The notes under the pieces are model-generated. The model was not told where the DNA came from and did not search any database. It saw only the letters and a list, made by a program, of their open reading frames with translations. 64,000 bases of DNA from Clostridia bacterium (GTDB lineage Bacteria; Bacillota; Clostridia; Oscillospirales; CAG-272), in the NCBI GenBank assembly GCA_017938205.1, contig JAGBCA010000001.1, positions 7,257-71,256 on the forward strand. The letters run 5' to 3'. Below are positions 36,793 to 46,163 of the stretch, in pieces. The position numbers and the translations under genes are program-made. Each line of letters begins with the position of its first letter. The first letter of the stretch is position 1.

Positions 36793-37857
36793 ATGAGACA
36801 ATTTAAACGTATCGGTGTTCTCACCTCCGGAGGAGATGCACCCGGCATGAATGCGGCGGTGCGCGGCGTTGTTCGATCCGCAATTGCCGCAGGCGTTGAG
36901 GTCCTCGGCATTTACCGCGGTTATTCGGGACTGATCAGCGGTGATATCCGCCCCCTCTCTCTCCGTGACGTTTCCAACGTAGTGAACAAGGGAGGCACCT
37001 TCCTGTATTCGGACCGTTGCCCCGAATTTAAGACCGAGGAGGGACAGAAGGCTGCAATCGAAAACTGCAAGAGATTCGGCATTGAGGGCATCATTGCCAT
37101 CGGCGGCGACGGAACCTTCCGCGGTGCATCCGCGCTTTCCAAGCTCGGCATTCCCACCATCGGTATCCCCGCTACGATCGATAACGATATTTCCTCCACC
37201 GATAACACCATCGGCTTTGACACCGCGATGAACACCGTCATCGACGTTGTGGATAAGCTGCGCGATACGGGCGAATCCCACGCACGCTGCAACGTGGTTG
37301 AGGTTATGGGCCGCGGCGCAGGTGACATTGCGCTGAACACCGCCATCGCCACGGGCGCAACCACCGCCATCGTTGCGGAGTTCCCTACGGACGTGGATGC
37401 GCTTCTCAAGAAGATGGAAAATTCCCGCGCGCTCGGCAAGCGTAACTTTATCGTGATCATCTCCGAGGCCATGGGCTCCGATTTCGGCCCCATGCTGAAC
37501 AAGAGGATCAACGACGAGGCGCAGATCGACTCCCGCTTCGTTCGCGTCGGCCACATCGTGCGCGGCGGTAATCCCTCTCTGGCAGACCGCGTGAGAGCCT
37601 CCCGCATGGGCATTTTTGCAGTTGAAAAGCTCCTGGAAGGAAAGTCCGACCTCGTGGTTTGCGAGCGTAAGGATAAGCTCATCACCAGCGACATCCACTA
37701 TGCACTCGTGCTGGATCATTACTACAAGGGCATCGCAAAGCCCGAGGATCTGGAGGGCTTCACCGCCGAGCAGATCGAGGCTATGAAGGCGCATTCGGCG
37801 GAGCGCCGTGCGCATATTGAGGAGCTCTATAATATGGGCAATCTCATCAGCCTCTAA
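36793..37857 (+). CDS. pfkA: ATP-dependent 6-phosphofructokinase
   Basis: 354-aa ORF with IGVLTSGGDAPGMNAA, IGGDGTF and PATIDND motifs. Confidence 0.93.
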   Translation: MRQFKRIGVLTSGGDAPGMNAAVRGVVRSAIAAGVEVLGIYRGYSGLISGDIRPLSLRDVSNVVNKGGTFLYSDRCPEFKTEEGQKAAIENCKRFGIEGIIAIGGDGTFRGASALSKLGIPTIGIPATIDNDISSTDNTIGFDTAMNTVIDVVDKLRDTGESHARCNVVEVMGRGAGDIALNTAIATGATTAIVAEFPTDVDALLKKMENSRALGKRNFIVIISEAMGSDFGPMLNKRINDEAQIDSRFVRVGHIVRGGNPSLADRVRASRMGIFAVEKLLEGKSDLVVCERKDKLITSDIHYALVLDHYYKGIAKPEDLEGFTAEQIEAMKAHSAERRAHIEELYNMGNLISL

Positions 37858-37860
37858 TAT

Positions 37861-38440
37861 TGGGGCTGGGATCTCCCGGTATAACCGAAAACGAAAAAAG
37901 TTTTTATAAAATGTGTAAGGAGGGGTGCTTTCTACCTCTCCTTTTACGTTGAGCTCAATTATTTAGGTTGGAAAACTCCGTTTTCCTTCCTTTTTTATTT
38001 TTTCGTTTTCTATTTCCGTTTCCTCCCTCCGACGTATGTATATACGCCTCTCGGTTGGGATCTCTGCGCCCCAAGGGGCTGGGTTGGCTGTACTCCCCCA
38101 CTTGCATGCGTCATGGGATAGATCCCGGTATAATCGAAAACGAAAAAAGTTTATATTATTGGGGAGAGGCTTTTGCTTCTCCCTTTTTCTTTTTTGTTGT
38201 TGATAGTTATTTAGGTTGGAAAACTCCGTTTTCCTTCCGTTTTTATTTTTCGTTTTCTATTTCCGTTTCCTCCCTCCGACGTATATATATACGCCTCTCG
38301 GTTGGGATCTCTGCGCCCCAAGGGGCTGGGTTGGCTGTACTCCCCCACTTGCATGCGTCATGGGATAAACCCCGGTATAACCGAAAACGAAAAAAGTTTT
38401 TATAAAATGTGTAAGGAGAGGTACTTTCTTCCTCTCCTTT
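37861..38440 (+). repeat. about 2.3 tandem copies of a 248-bp unit, each ending in an intrinsic-terminator-like hairpin
   Basis: The ggttggaaaactccg module occurs at 37966 and 38214. The cccggtataa(c/t)cgaaaacgaaaaaag module occurs at about 37875, 38124 and 38371. Terminator-like hairpins lie at 37917-37946, 38161-38189 and 38413-38442. Copies B and C are nearly identical over about 200 nt. Confidence 0.85.
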
Positions 38441-38454
38441 GGCCATCTTTTCTG

Positions 38455-38483
38455 TTGCATTTTTTTGAATGCAGTGCTATAAT
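38455..38483 (+). promoter_or_regulatory. putative sigma-A promoter of the small XRE gene
   Basis: TTGCAT (38455-38460) is followed by a 17-nt spacer ending in TGC, then TATAAT (38478-38483). Confidence 0.5.
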
Positions 38484-38515
38484 ATTTTTACTATAGCTTG
38501 TTGTGGGAGAAAAAT

Positions 38516-38734
38516 ATGTATTTATATCAGAGACTCAAGGACGTCAGAGAAGATGCGGACAAAAAGCAAGAGGACATCGCCTGCATTTTGAATATTACGC
38601 GCCAACAGTATCAGCTGTATGAATGCGGCAAGCGAGAAATGCCGATGCATCATTTTGTGATCTTGGCTAAGTATTACAATGTATCGCTGGATTATCTTGC
38701 AGGGCTGATCGATACGCCGAGAAGGCTTGGTTGA
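38516..38734 (+). CDS. small XRE-family helix-turn-helix protein
   Basis: The ORF spans 38498-38734. I set the start at MYLYQRLKDVRED. The HTH region KKQEDIACILNITRQQYQLYECGKR and the C-terminal LDYLAGL are present. Confidence 0.8.
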   Translation: MYLYQRLKDVREDADKKQEDIACILNITRQQYQLYECGKREMPMHHFVILAKYYNVSLDYLAGLIDTPRRLG

Positions 38735-38764
38735 CCGTATTTTTATAAAATAGAATAAAAATGT

Positions 38765-38803
38765 AAAAAGCCAAGGATGCAGATTGCTTTTCCTTGGCTT
38801 TTC
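38765..38803. terminator. bidirectional intrinsic terminator
   Basis: The hairpin aaagccaagga-N13-tccttggcttt is flanked by A- and T-runs. It lies between the convergent XRE and mtnN genes. Confidence 0.7.
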
Positions 38804-38810
38804 GCTATTT

Positions 38811-39497
38811 TTAATACCTTGCGAGGAACTTCTTTACCAGCTTATAGGACTGTGCGGCGGCGAGGGGGAGAAAGGTGGGGTAGTCCATATGGGACGAGCC
38901 GTCCGCGCTGTCCGAGATGGCGCGGAGGATGATGAAGGGCGTACCGTTCAGATATGCGGCGTGTGCCACGGCGCCGCCCTCCATTTCACAGGCGATGGCA
39001 TCAAAATTCTTCACGATGCGCGCCTTTTGCTCCGCGCTCGCGATAAACTGATCGCCCGAGGCGATCCTGCCGCCGATGGCGTTGATGCCATCCTCTCTCG
39101 CGATCGCGAGGAAGAGGTCTGCGGCTTTTTTATCCGCCTCAAAATAGATCTTGTTTATGCCGCTGATCAGCCCGAGCGGATCGCCGAGGGGCGAGGTGTC
39201 CATATCGTGCTGCACCGCCGCCGTGCCAACGGCAACGTCCGTCACGGAAAGTGCGGCCGTCAGCGTGCCGGCAACGCCCGTATGGATCAGCAGAGAGGGG
39301 TGATAGCGCAGGATCATTGCCTGCGCGCAGAGCGCGGCGGCTACCTTGCCGATGCCGCATTTGGCGATCACGACCGCGCGGCCTGCAAGCGTGCCCTTGA
39401 AAAATTCAAAGCCGCTGATCTGCTCGGTCTCCTTGCCTTCCATATCCGCAAGAAGCGCCTGCAGCTCTATATCCATTGCACCAAGAATACCGATCAT
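38811..39497 (-). CDS. mtnN: 5'-methylthioadenosine/S-adenosylhomocysteine nucleosidase
   Basis: 228-aa ORF with MIGILGAMDIE, GIGKVAAA and CEMEGGAVAH motifs. Confidence 0.9.
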   Translation of the reverse strand: MIGILGAMDIELQALLADMEGKETEQISGFEFFKGTLAGRAVVIAKCGIGKVAAALCAQAMILRYHPSLLIHTGVAGTLTAALSVTDVAVGTAAVQHDMDTSPLGDPLGLISGINKIYFEADKKAADLFLAIAREDGINAIGGRIASGDQFIASAEQKARIVKNFDAIACEMEGGAVAHAAYLNGTPFIILRAISDSADGSSHMDYPTFLPLAAAQSYKLVKKFLARY

Positions 39498-39976
39498 TCT
39501 TCCGTCTCCTTTTTCACGGGATAGGCAAAGGTCATTTCGCCTCTTTCAAGCGTCAGAAGATAGCGCGCGCACTCTTCCTTTGCCAGTGCGAGGGAGAGAT
39601 TGATATAGTTGCCGCATTCCTTCCTGGATGCGCCGAACATTTCTCCGCTGTGGGAAACGATGGAGCGGAGCACCGAGAGGATCACGCGGCCCACGGTTTC
39701 CTTCTTGCAGTCGCGCACGAGAAGGTAAAAGCCCGTCTGGCAGCCCATCGGGCCAAAGTAAAGCACCTTATCTCCGATCTCGGAGGCGCGCACGTAGGTG
39801 GCAAACATATGCTCCAGCGAGTGCATCGTTGCGTTGTCCATCAGCTCGCCCGAGTTCGGGGTGCGGGTGCGAAGATCATAGGTGATCACGTCTCCGTCAA
39901 TGCGGGAGATATATACGCCCGGGGTGATCAGATCGTGATCCACGGTAAAAGAGGCAATGCGGGGAATGTCTTTCAT
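39494..39976 (-). CDS. luxS: S-ribosylhomocysteine lyase
   Basis: The ORF spans 39494-40012. I trimmed the start to MKDIPRIASFTVDH. The metal-binding motif HSLEHMFA is present. Its stop overlaps the mtnN start by 4 nt. Confidence 0.9.
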   Translation of the reverse strand: MKDIPRIASFTVDHDLITPGVYISRIDGDVITYDLRTRTPNSGELMDNATMHSLEHMFATYVRASEIGDKVLYFGPMGCQTGFYLLVRDCKKETVGRVILSVLRSIVSHSGEMFGASRKECGNYINLSLALAKEECARYLLTLERGEMTFAYPVKKETEE

Positions 39977-40018
39977 ATTGTTTCCTTTCATAAACGGTTC
40001 GTTCTGTATCAATGCGCT

Positions 40019-41470
40019 TTAACCGCGCTTCCATGCCTTACGGGAGAAGAGCGCGAGGATCGGGAAGATCTCAAGACGTCCGGCAAGCATATCGATCGTG
40101 AGAACGATCTTGGAAAAATCACTGAAGCCCGCGTAGCTTCCCGTGGGGCCAACGGTTTCAAGGCCGGGACCGATGTTGTTGAAGCAGGCGATCACGGCCG
40201 AAAGATTGGTGACGGTCGAAAAATTATCGATGGAAATGAGCAGGAAGCTGACGAGCACGATCAGTACGTAAGCACAGAGATAGGCCATCGTTCCCGAGAC
40301 GATCTTTTCGTCCACGGGCTTTTTGTTCACGCGGATCACGGCCACCTTTTGCGGGTTTTGTACGCGGCCAATGTTACGAATGAAGCTCTTGATCAGAAGC
40401 AAGGCTCTTGCGCATTTGAGACCGCCGCCCGTAGAGCCTGCACAAGCACCTACTACCATTAAAATTAACAGGATCGCCTTGGAGAGGGACGGCCAAAGAT
40501 CAAAATCCGTTGTGGCAAAGCCTGTTGTCGTTATGATCGACGACACTTGAAAGAAGGCGTGGCGCAAAGCCTCGCCGAACGTTGCGTAGAGGGTACGGAT
40601 ATTCAGTGTGATCAAAAGAACCGCACCGCCAACGATGCCGAAATAAAACCGCAGCTCCTCGTCGCGCAAAACGCCGAGCACGTTGCGCAGCAATAAAAGA
40701 TAGTAGCAGGAGAAATTGACACCGAAGAGCAACATAAAAATGCCCGTCACGGTTTGTACGTAAGGCGAATACCCTGTCAGACTATCGTTTTTGATACCAA
40801 ATCCTCCCGTGCCTGCCGTTCCGAATGAAGTACAGATCGCATCGAATACCGGCATATCAAAAACAAGGAAGATAAAGCAGATCACCGTCAGCACCACGTA
40901 AACGAGATAGAGAATCATCGCCGTGTATCGCATACGGGGAACCAGCTTACCAACGTCCGGTCCGGGAGATTCTGCGCGCAGAAGATGCATCGTGAAGCCC
41001 TCGCTCTTGCCGCCAACGGGCACGAGCGCCATCAGAAATACCAACACGCCCATGCCGCCGACCCAGTGGCTGAAGGCGCGCCAATAGAGCGTAGCGCGCG
41101 AAAGCGCCTCCACGTTCGTGCAGATAGATGCGCCCGTGGTTGTAAAGCCCGAAACGATCTCGAACACCGCATCCACATAGGAAGGGATGTCATCACCGAT
41201 AAAGAAAGGGAGCGCACCGAACAGGCACATCAGGATCCAGGAAAGACCAACACAAACGAGGCCCTCCTTAGCATAGAAATCGGTTTTAGCACCGCGGCAC
41301 AAGAGCAGCAGCACGCCGCCGATCAGGGCGCAAAGCCCCATAGTGATGCCAAAGCCGAGCGCCACCCGCATCTCTGCATCCGTGAGAGCAAGGATGAGAG
41401 AGGGGATCATAAATACAGACTCGGCACATAGGATCAAGCCGAAAAGTCGGCCCATCATTTTGTAATTCAT
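40019..41470 (-). CDS. trkH: TrkH/KtrB-family potassium uptake membrane subunit
   Basis: The ORF spans 40019-41497. I trimmed the start to MNYKMMGRLFG. It is polytopic with repeated selectivity-filter-like segments TTTGA, TAGTGGF, TTTGFAT and GSTGGG. Confidence 0.88.
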   Translation of the reverse strand: MNYKMMGRLFGLILCAESVFMIPSLILALTDAEMRVALGFGITMGLCALIGGVLLLLCRGAKTDFYAKEGLVCVGLSWILMCLFGALPFFIGDDIPSYVDAVFEIVSGFTTTGASICTNVEALSRATLYWRAFSHWVGGMGVLVFLMALVPVGGKSEGFTMHLLRAESPGPDVGKLVPRMRYTAMILYLVYVVLTVICFIFLVFDMPVFDAICTSFGTAGTGGFGIKNDSLTGYSPYVQTVTGIFMLLFGVNFSCYYLLLLRNVLGVLRDEELRFYFGIVGGAVLLITLNIRTLYATFGEALRHAFFQVSSIITTTGFATTDFDLWPSLSKAILLILMVVGACAGSTGGGLKCARALLLIKSFIRNIGRVQNPQKVAVIRVNKKPVDEKIVSGTMAYLCAYVLIVLVSFLLISIDNFSTVTNLSAVIACFNNIGPGLETVGPTGSYAGFSDFSKIVLTIDMLAGRLEIFPILALFSRKAWKRG

Positions 41471-41532
41471 ACGGTATCCTCTGATCAAAAGAGTCAAATA
41501 ATGTAAACTATTGCTTTCAAAAATAAAAAATA

Positions 41533-42891
41533 TCAGGCAAAAATATCATTCAGCTCGTTGATACCCGCCTCCGAGGGTGCAACAACGACCACAAAATCGC
41601 CGACCTCAAAGTGAGAAGAGCCGTCCGGAATCACGGTGGTCACACCGCGCGTGATGGAGGCAACGAGCACGTTGCGCTTCGTGCGGATCTCCTTCAGCGG
41701 CTTGCTGCGGTGGAGCGTTTCCTCCGTGACGAGGAACTCCGAGGCCACGACCGCCCCCTCCGCCAAGGAATGCACGGTGATGGCAGCACCCGCCTTGTGA
41801 TCCATAGCACGCACGTAGCGAAGAATGGAGCGGGAGCAAAGCCTGCGCGGGCTGACCACGTTGCCGACGGGCAGGCTGTCAAGAATCTTGGAGTCCTCCA
41901 CCTCGGAGAGCTTCGTGATCACCTGGGGCACGCCCCAATTCGAGCCGTAGATGGATACGAGCATGTTCAGCTCGTCAAGATCGGTCAGAGTGATCAATGC
42001 ATCCGAGTCACGCAGGCCCTCGCTTTCAAGAAGCGTTCTGTGCCGCACGTCACCGCACACGATCTCGGCACGCGCCAGCAGCTCTGCCAGCTGCTCGCAC
42101 CGATCAGAATCCTTTTCGATGATCTTCACGCCGATGCCGCTTTTGTCAAGGATCTCGGCAAGATAGTAGCTGATGCGGCCGCCGCCAACGAGCATCGCGC
42201 TCTTGGTCTTATGCTTGACGATACGCAGATTTTTCAACATTCGGGAGAGGTTTTCCGTGGGGGCGGTAACCAGCAGGAGGTCTCCCTGCTTCAGAACGAA
42301 GGAGCCCGTGGGAATGATCGTTTCTCCGCCGCGCAAAACCGCGCAGACCAGCACCTTGCACTTCACCAGCGTTGGCAACGCAGAGAGTGCCGCGCCGCAA
42401 AGATGATGCCCCTCGTCCAGGCGCAGAAGCACGATCTCGGTGCGTCCCTTTGCAAAGGTATCTCTTTGCAAAAATCCGGGAAAACGGATCAGACGCGCGA
42501 TCTCCTCGGCAGCCTGCTTTTCGGGGTTGAATACCATGGAGAGTCCAAAATGCGAGCGCATATGGATGGTGTTTTCCGCATATTCGGGGTCGCGGATGCG
42601 CGCGATCGCGTGCAGATGCTTGTTCAGCGCGTGCGCTGTGACCGAGGTGAGAAGGTTCACCTCGTCGTTACCCGTAGCACAGATCAGAAGATCCGAGCTC
42701 TCTACGCCTGCATCACGCAGGGTGGCAACGGCGGCGCAGTTGCCGTGCACGGCGATCACGTCGTGTGCGCTGACGCAGGCCTCCAGCACCTCGGCGCGCA
42801 GATCGATCATGGTAACGTCATAGCCCTCGGCGGTGAGCTGCTCGGCGAGCGTTTCGCCCACCTTGCCCGCTCCGGCAATAATAATTTTCAT
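41533..42891 (-). CDS. trkA: Trk system NAD-binding subunit (double RCK)
   Basis: The ORF spans 41533-42993. I trimmed the start to MKIIIAGAGKVGETLA. A second Rossmann segment, AMLVGGGRISYYLA, is present. Confidence 0.88.
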   Translation of the reverse strand: MKIIIAGAGKVGETLAEQLTAEGYDVTMIDLRAEVLEACVSAHDVIAVHGNCAAVATLRDAGVESSDLLICATGNDEVNLLTSVTAHALNKHLHAIARIRDPEYAENTIHMRSHFGLSMVFNPEKQAAEEIARLIRFPGFLQRDTFAKGRTEIVLLRLDEGHHLCGAALSALPTLVKCKVLVCAVLRGGETIIPTGSFVLKQGDLLLVTAPTENLSRMLKNLRIVKHKTKSAMLVGGGRISYYLAEILDKSGIGVKIIEKDSDRCEQLAELLARAEIVCGDVRHRTLLESEGLRDSDALITLTDLDELNMLVSIYGSNWGVPQVITKLSEVEDSKILDSLPVGNVVSPRRLCSRSILRYVRAMDHKAGAAITVHSLAEGAVVASEFLVTEETLHRSKPLKEIRTKRNVLVASITRGVTTVIPDGSSHFEVGDFVVVVAPSEAGINELNDIFA

Positions 42892-42904
42892 AAGGAATAC
42901 CTCC

Positions 42905-43966
42905 TTAGCATTCGTTTTCTTCAATATACCGCTTGAAATAGCGGAAGGCAGAGGGGAGCGCGTAAACGGCGGAAAGCTCCTCCTTGGTTGCAAAGGTAAG
43001 TGTTTCGATCGGGGCGTTCAGCGTGACGAGATAGCCCGTCATATGCCATTCAAGGTGCGTGAAAATATGAACGGCCTCTCCGATCGGACGGATGGCGGAG
43101 AAAGAAATGCCCCGCGCCGAAAGATGCTCTGCCGCCTCGGTCTCGGAAAGCACACCATCCTCAGCGGGAAATTCGTAAAGCCCTGCGAGAAGTCCTTGCT
43201 TCGGCCGCTTGCGGATGCCGTACCGCCCGTCGGCCGTTTTAAAGATCCAAAGCGTGCGCGGAAGAATTTTTCTCGGTTTTTTTGCACTTTTTGCAGGGAG
43301 CAGATGCGTGATACCGCCCGCCTTGGCGGCACAGAGTTCGGCAAGAGGACAGAGCGCACACCGCGCCTCGCCCCCCGGAATGCAGACCGCCTCGCCAAGC
43401 TCCATCAGCCCCTCCGTGAAGAGGGCGGCCTCTCTGCCGCTCGGATAAACGGCATCAAGGGCGGCGGAAAGCCCCTTTTTCGTGCTTTCCTTGGAAATAT
43501 CGGCATCCGAGCCGAGCAGGCGCATACAAACGCGAAGCACGTTTCCATCCACGGCAGAGGACGGTTCACCGAAGGCCATAGAGGCGATCGCGCCCGCCGT
43601 ATAGCTGCCAATGCCGGCGATGGTAGAAAGCTCTGCCTTCGTGCGCGGAAGCTGACCGCCGAAGCGCTCCATCACCTGCATAGCGCCCTTTTTTAAATTG
43701 CGAGCGCGGCTATAGTAGCCGAGCCCCTCCCAGAGCTTCATCAGCCGATCCTCGTCTGCCTCCGAGAGCGCCTGCACGGTCGGAAACGCGGCAAGAAAGC
43801 GCTCGTAATAAGGAAGCACGGCGGCCGTGCGGGTCTGCTGAAGCATTACCTCGGAGATCCAGATGCGGTACGGATCGCGGCTCTCGCGCCAGGGGTAGTG
43901 CTTTTTGTTTTTCTCATACCATGCGCAAAGCGGTTTTACCGCCGCGGCAAGGATCTTCTCGTCCAT
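42905..43966 (-). CDS. mutY: A/G-specific adenine DNA glycosylase
   Basis: 353-aa ORF with WRESRDPYRIWISEVMLQQT. The Fe-S cluster cysteines are CIPGGEARCALCPLAELC. It has a NUDIX-like C-domain. Confidence 0.9.
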   Translation of the reverse strand: MDEKILAAAVKPLCAWYEKNKKHYPWRESRDPYRIWISEVMLQQTRTAAVLPYYERFLAAFPTVQALSEADEDRLMKLWEGLGYYSRARNLKKGAMQVMERFGGQLPRTKAELSTIAGIGSYTAGAIASMAFGEPSSAVDGNVLRVCMRLLGSDADISKESTKKGLSAALDAVYPSGREAALFTEGLMELGEAVCIPGGEARCALCPLAELCAAKAGGITHLLPAKSAKKPRKILPRTLWIFKTADGRYGIRKRPKQGLLAGLYEFPAEDGVLSETEAAEHLSARGISFSAIRPIGEAVHIFTHLEWHMTGYLVTLNAPIETLTFATKEELSAVYALPSAFRYFKRYIEENEC

Positions 43967-44009
43967 CCCGATTTCCTTTCTTGAATTCGGTTAATTTGTA
44001 AATAATTGT

Positions 44010-44750
44010 CTATAAAACTACAGGGAACAGCCACATCAGCGCGAGCGGAAGAAAAATAGCTGGCACCATGTTTGCGGTCTTCACCTTGGTCATTCCGAGC
44101 ATATTCGTTCCGATCAGAATGATGATCAGCGAACCGGTGACGGACATATAGGTCAGTCCTGCGGCGGGAATAAAGCTCGATGCAAAGAAGCCGACGAGGG
44201 CGATCGCGCCCTGATAGATAAGAAGCGTGAAGGCGGAAAGTGCACAGCCGATGCCGAGCGAGGTTGCCATCACGAAGCAGGAGATCGCGTCGATCACGGA
44301 TTTGGCAAGCAGGGTATCGGGCTTTCCGATCGCATCGAAGATCGCCCCGTTCACGGCCATAGCGCCGATGCAGAAGAGAAGGCTGCAGGAAACGAAGCCC
44401 TTGGCAATGCTGCCCTGCTCGCCGCCGTGGTTCAGCTTTTTCTCCACCCACGCGCCGAGACGGTTCATCTGCTTATCAAGATCCAGAAGCTCGCCAATCA
44501 GCGTGCCGAGCCCCATGGAGAGGATCATGATCAGAACCTTGATAAGACCTGCAGAGAGAAAGGAGCCCTCCGAGACCGGGGGTGCCGCCTCCAGCATACC
44601 GTCCACGCCGATGTAGATCACGCAGATCGCCATGGCGGACATGATCGCCGAGGAAAAGCGCTCGGGCACGCCCTTTTTGAGAAGCGAGCCGAGAATACCC
44701 GCAACGAGAACGACTGCGAAATTAACGATTGTGCCAAGGAATGGCATCAT
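44010..44750 (-). CDS. DUF554-family membrane protein (YdfK/YqgA-like)
   Basis: The ORF spans 44010-44912. I trimmed the start to MMPFLGTIVNFAVVLVAGILG, which is typical of DUF554. Confidence 0.7.
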   Translation of the reverse strand: MMPFLGTIVNFAVVLVAGILGSLLKKGVPERFSSAIMSAMAICVIYIGVDGMLEAAPPVSEGSFLSAGLIKVLIMILSMGLGTLIGELLDLDKQMNRLGAWVEKKLNHGGEQGSIAKGFVSCSLLFCIGAMAVNGAIFDAIGKPDTLLAKSVIDAISCFVMATSLGIGCALSAFTLLIYQGAIALVGFFASSFIPAAGLTYMSVTGSLIIILIGTNMLGMTKVKTANMVPAIFLPLALMWLFPVVL

Positions 44751-44778
44751 AAGAATCACCTGATTTCTGATTTTTGGT

Positions 44779-45423
44779 TTAATTTTGGATCCGGGGAACG
44801 GTCGGCACCGCCTCATCTTCCCCGTTTCCGATGCAAACAAGCTCTGCACCTGCAAAAATATAGTGGCCGAGAAAGCGGATGCGCGCCGAGCTGAGCGCGG
44901 CAGAGATCGCATCGGTAACCCGTCTGTCAGAGGCCGAGGGGGTCAGCCCGCCGCCCGGATGGTTATGCGTGAGGATAACGCCGTCTGCCCTTGCGCGTAC
45001 GGCAAGCTCTAAAATTTGTCTTGGTTGGATGGCAGAGGCATCCGCCGCGCCAACGGCGGCACGGCCGACCGAGAGAAGCCGATCCTCAGGGTCCAGGAAA
45101 ACCGCGTACACCTTTTCCTCCGTTGCATCGGCATAAAGCGCAGAGAAATGTCCTGCAAGCACCGTTTCTGTGACACGATCGCCGCATTTGAGGCGTTCGG
45201 TCCTTTTACGGATGGCAAGGCTCAGGGAGAGCCTGAGATAAAGTGCGGCCTCCCGCCCGATCTCCGTCTCCAGAACGCTCTCGCTGATGGAGAGCAGGCG
45301 GGAGAGCGAGCCGTAGGTCTTAAGAAGCCTTTCAGAAAGCGCTTTTGCCTTCTCCTTGGGATAGATCACGGAGAAGAGCTCGCAAAGCGGATCGCTTGAT
45401 ACGCCGAGAAAAAGATCCTTCAT
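44779..45423 (-). CDS. RadC-like JAB/MPN-domain protein (paralog 2)
   Basis: 214-aa ORF with the JAMM-type motif THNHPGGGLTPSASD. Its start overlaps the stop of paralog 1 by 4 nt. Confidence 0.8.
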   Translation of the reverse strand: MKDLFLGVSSDPLCELFSVIYPKEKAKALSERLLKTYGSLSRLLSISESVLETEIGREAALYLRLSLSLAIRKRTERLKCGDRVTETVLAGHFSALYADATEEKVYAVFLDPEDRLLSVGRAAVGAADASAIQPRQILELAVRARADGVILTHNHPGGGLTPSASDRRVTDAISAALSSARIRFLGHYIFAGAELVCIGNGEDEAVPTVPRIQN

Positions 45424-46163
45424 TGCTCCCGAGCCTCCTTTGAATCTATAAAGGAGAGGACAGCCTCACCCACGCCCTCGCGAACACCGCCGAAGCGGTG
45501 ATGGAAGCCAACGAAGTCCTTCCCTGCGATCACGTAGTGCTCAAGCAGAAGAAGTCCGCAGGCTGTGAGCTCCTTTTCGATGACCTGCGAGGAAACCACG
45601 TCCCCGTGCGAGGGATATGCGGGGCCGTACGGATGGTTATGTGCAAAAACGATCACGGCGGCGCCGAGATCCATGGCCTTCGCGATCACTCCGTCGGCGC
45701 GTACGCCGGCAGAATCGTAATCCAGAGGCGCTACCTCCATCAAGGCGATCTTGCGCATAGATCCGTCAAGGAGCATGGCAACGGTTGCCTGCGCGCGCTT
45801 ATCTTCAAAATAGGAAACGAAAAACTCCCCAAGTCGCGTGTAATCGTCATAGACCTGCATCGGCGGCTCCCAAAGCGGCGCGCTCAGAATGGCACGGGCG
45901 GCTCTGCCGTTTTCCAAAAGAAAGGCGGCGATCTTTTCTCCCACGCCCGAAACCGTGCAAAGCTCCTCCTTCGTGGCGCCGAAAACACCCTCCAGGGATC
46001 CGAAGCGGTCAAGAAGCGCGTGCGCCAAGGGGTTGGTGTCCTTTTGCACAATGGCGTGGTATAGAAGCATCTCAAGCAGCTCGTGTGTATCGAGCGTTTC
46101 CGCGCCATCACGAAGAAAACGCTCGCGCATCCTGGCGCGATGTCCTGTATGTACAGAGGGCAT
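45420..46163 (-). CDS. radC: RadC-family protein (UPF0758; HhH N-domain plus JAB domain, paralog 1)
   Basis: 247-aa ORF with GHRARMRERF...ELLEMLL, the HhH segment VSGVGEKIAAF, and the JAB motif AHNHPYGPAYPSHGD. Confidence 0.85.
   Translation of the reverse strand: MPSVHTGHRARMRERFLRDGAETLDTHELLEMLLYHAIVQKDTNPLAHALLDRFGSLEGVFGATKEELCTVSGVGEKIAAFLLENGRAARAILSAPLWEPPMQVYDDYTRLGEFFVSYFEDKRAQATVAMLLDGSMRKIALMEVAPLDYDSAGVRADGVIAKAMDLGAAVIVFAHNHPYGPAYPSHGDVVSSQVIEKELTACGLLLLEHYVIAGKDFVGFHHRFGGVREGVGEAVLSFIDSKEAREQ

Noticed and set aside
37966-37990. The ggaaaactccgttttcc hairpin of the repeat unit read as a CcpA cre site next to pfkA.
   Set aside because: The cre consensus (WTGNAANCGNWNNCW) is a 14-nt palindrome centred on CG. 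This palindrome has a 3-nt TCC centre and lacks the TG/CA ends. It also recurs at loci unrelated to carbon metabolism.
37968-38405. A 145-aa ORF spanning the tandem repeat, together with the 67-aa minus-strand ORFs at 38243-38460.
   Set aside because: The reading frame is simply carried through two copies of a non-coding repeat. The translation is low-complexity (FLF/PF-rich), there is no RBS, and the frame crosses terminator hairpins.
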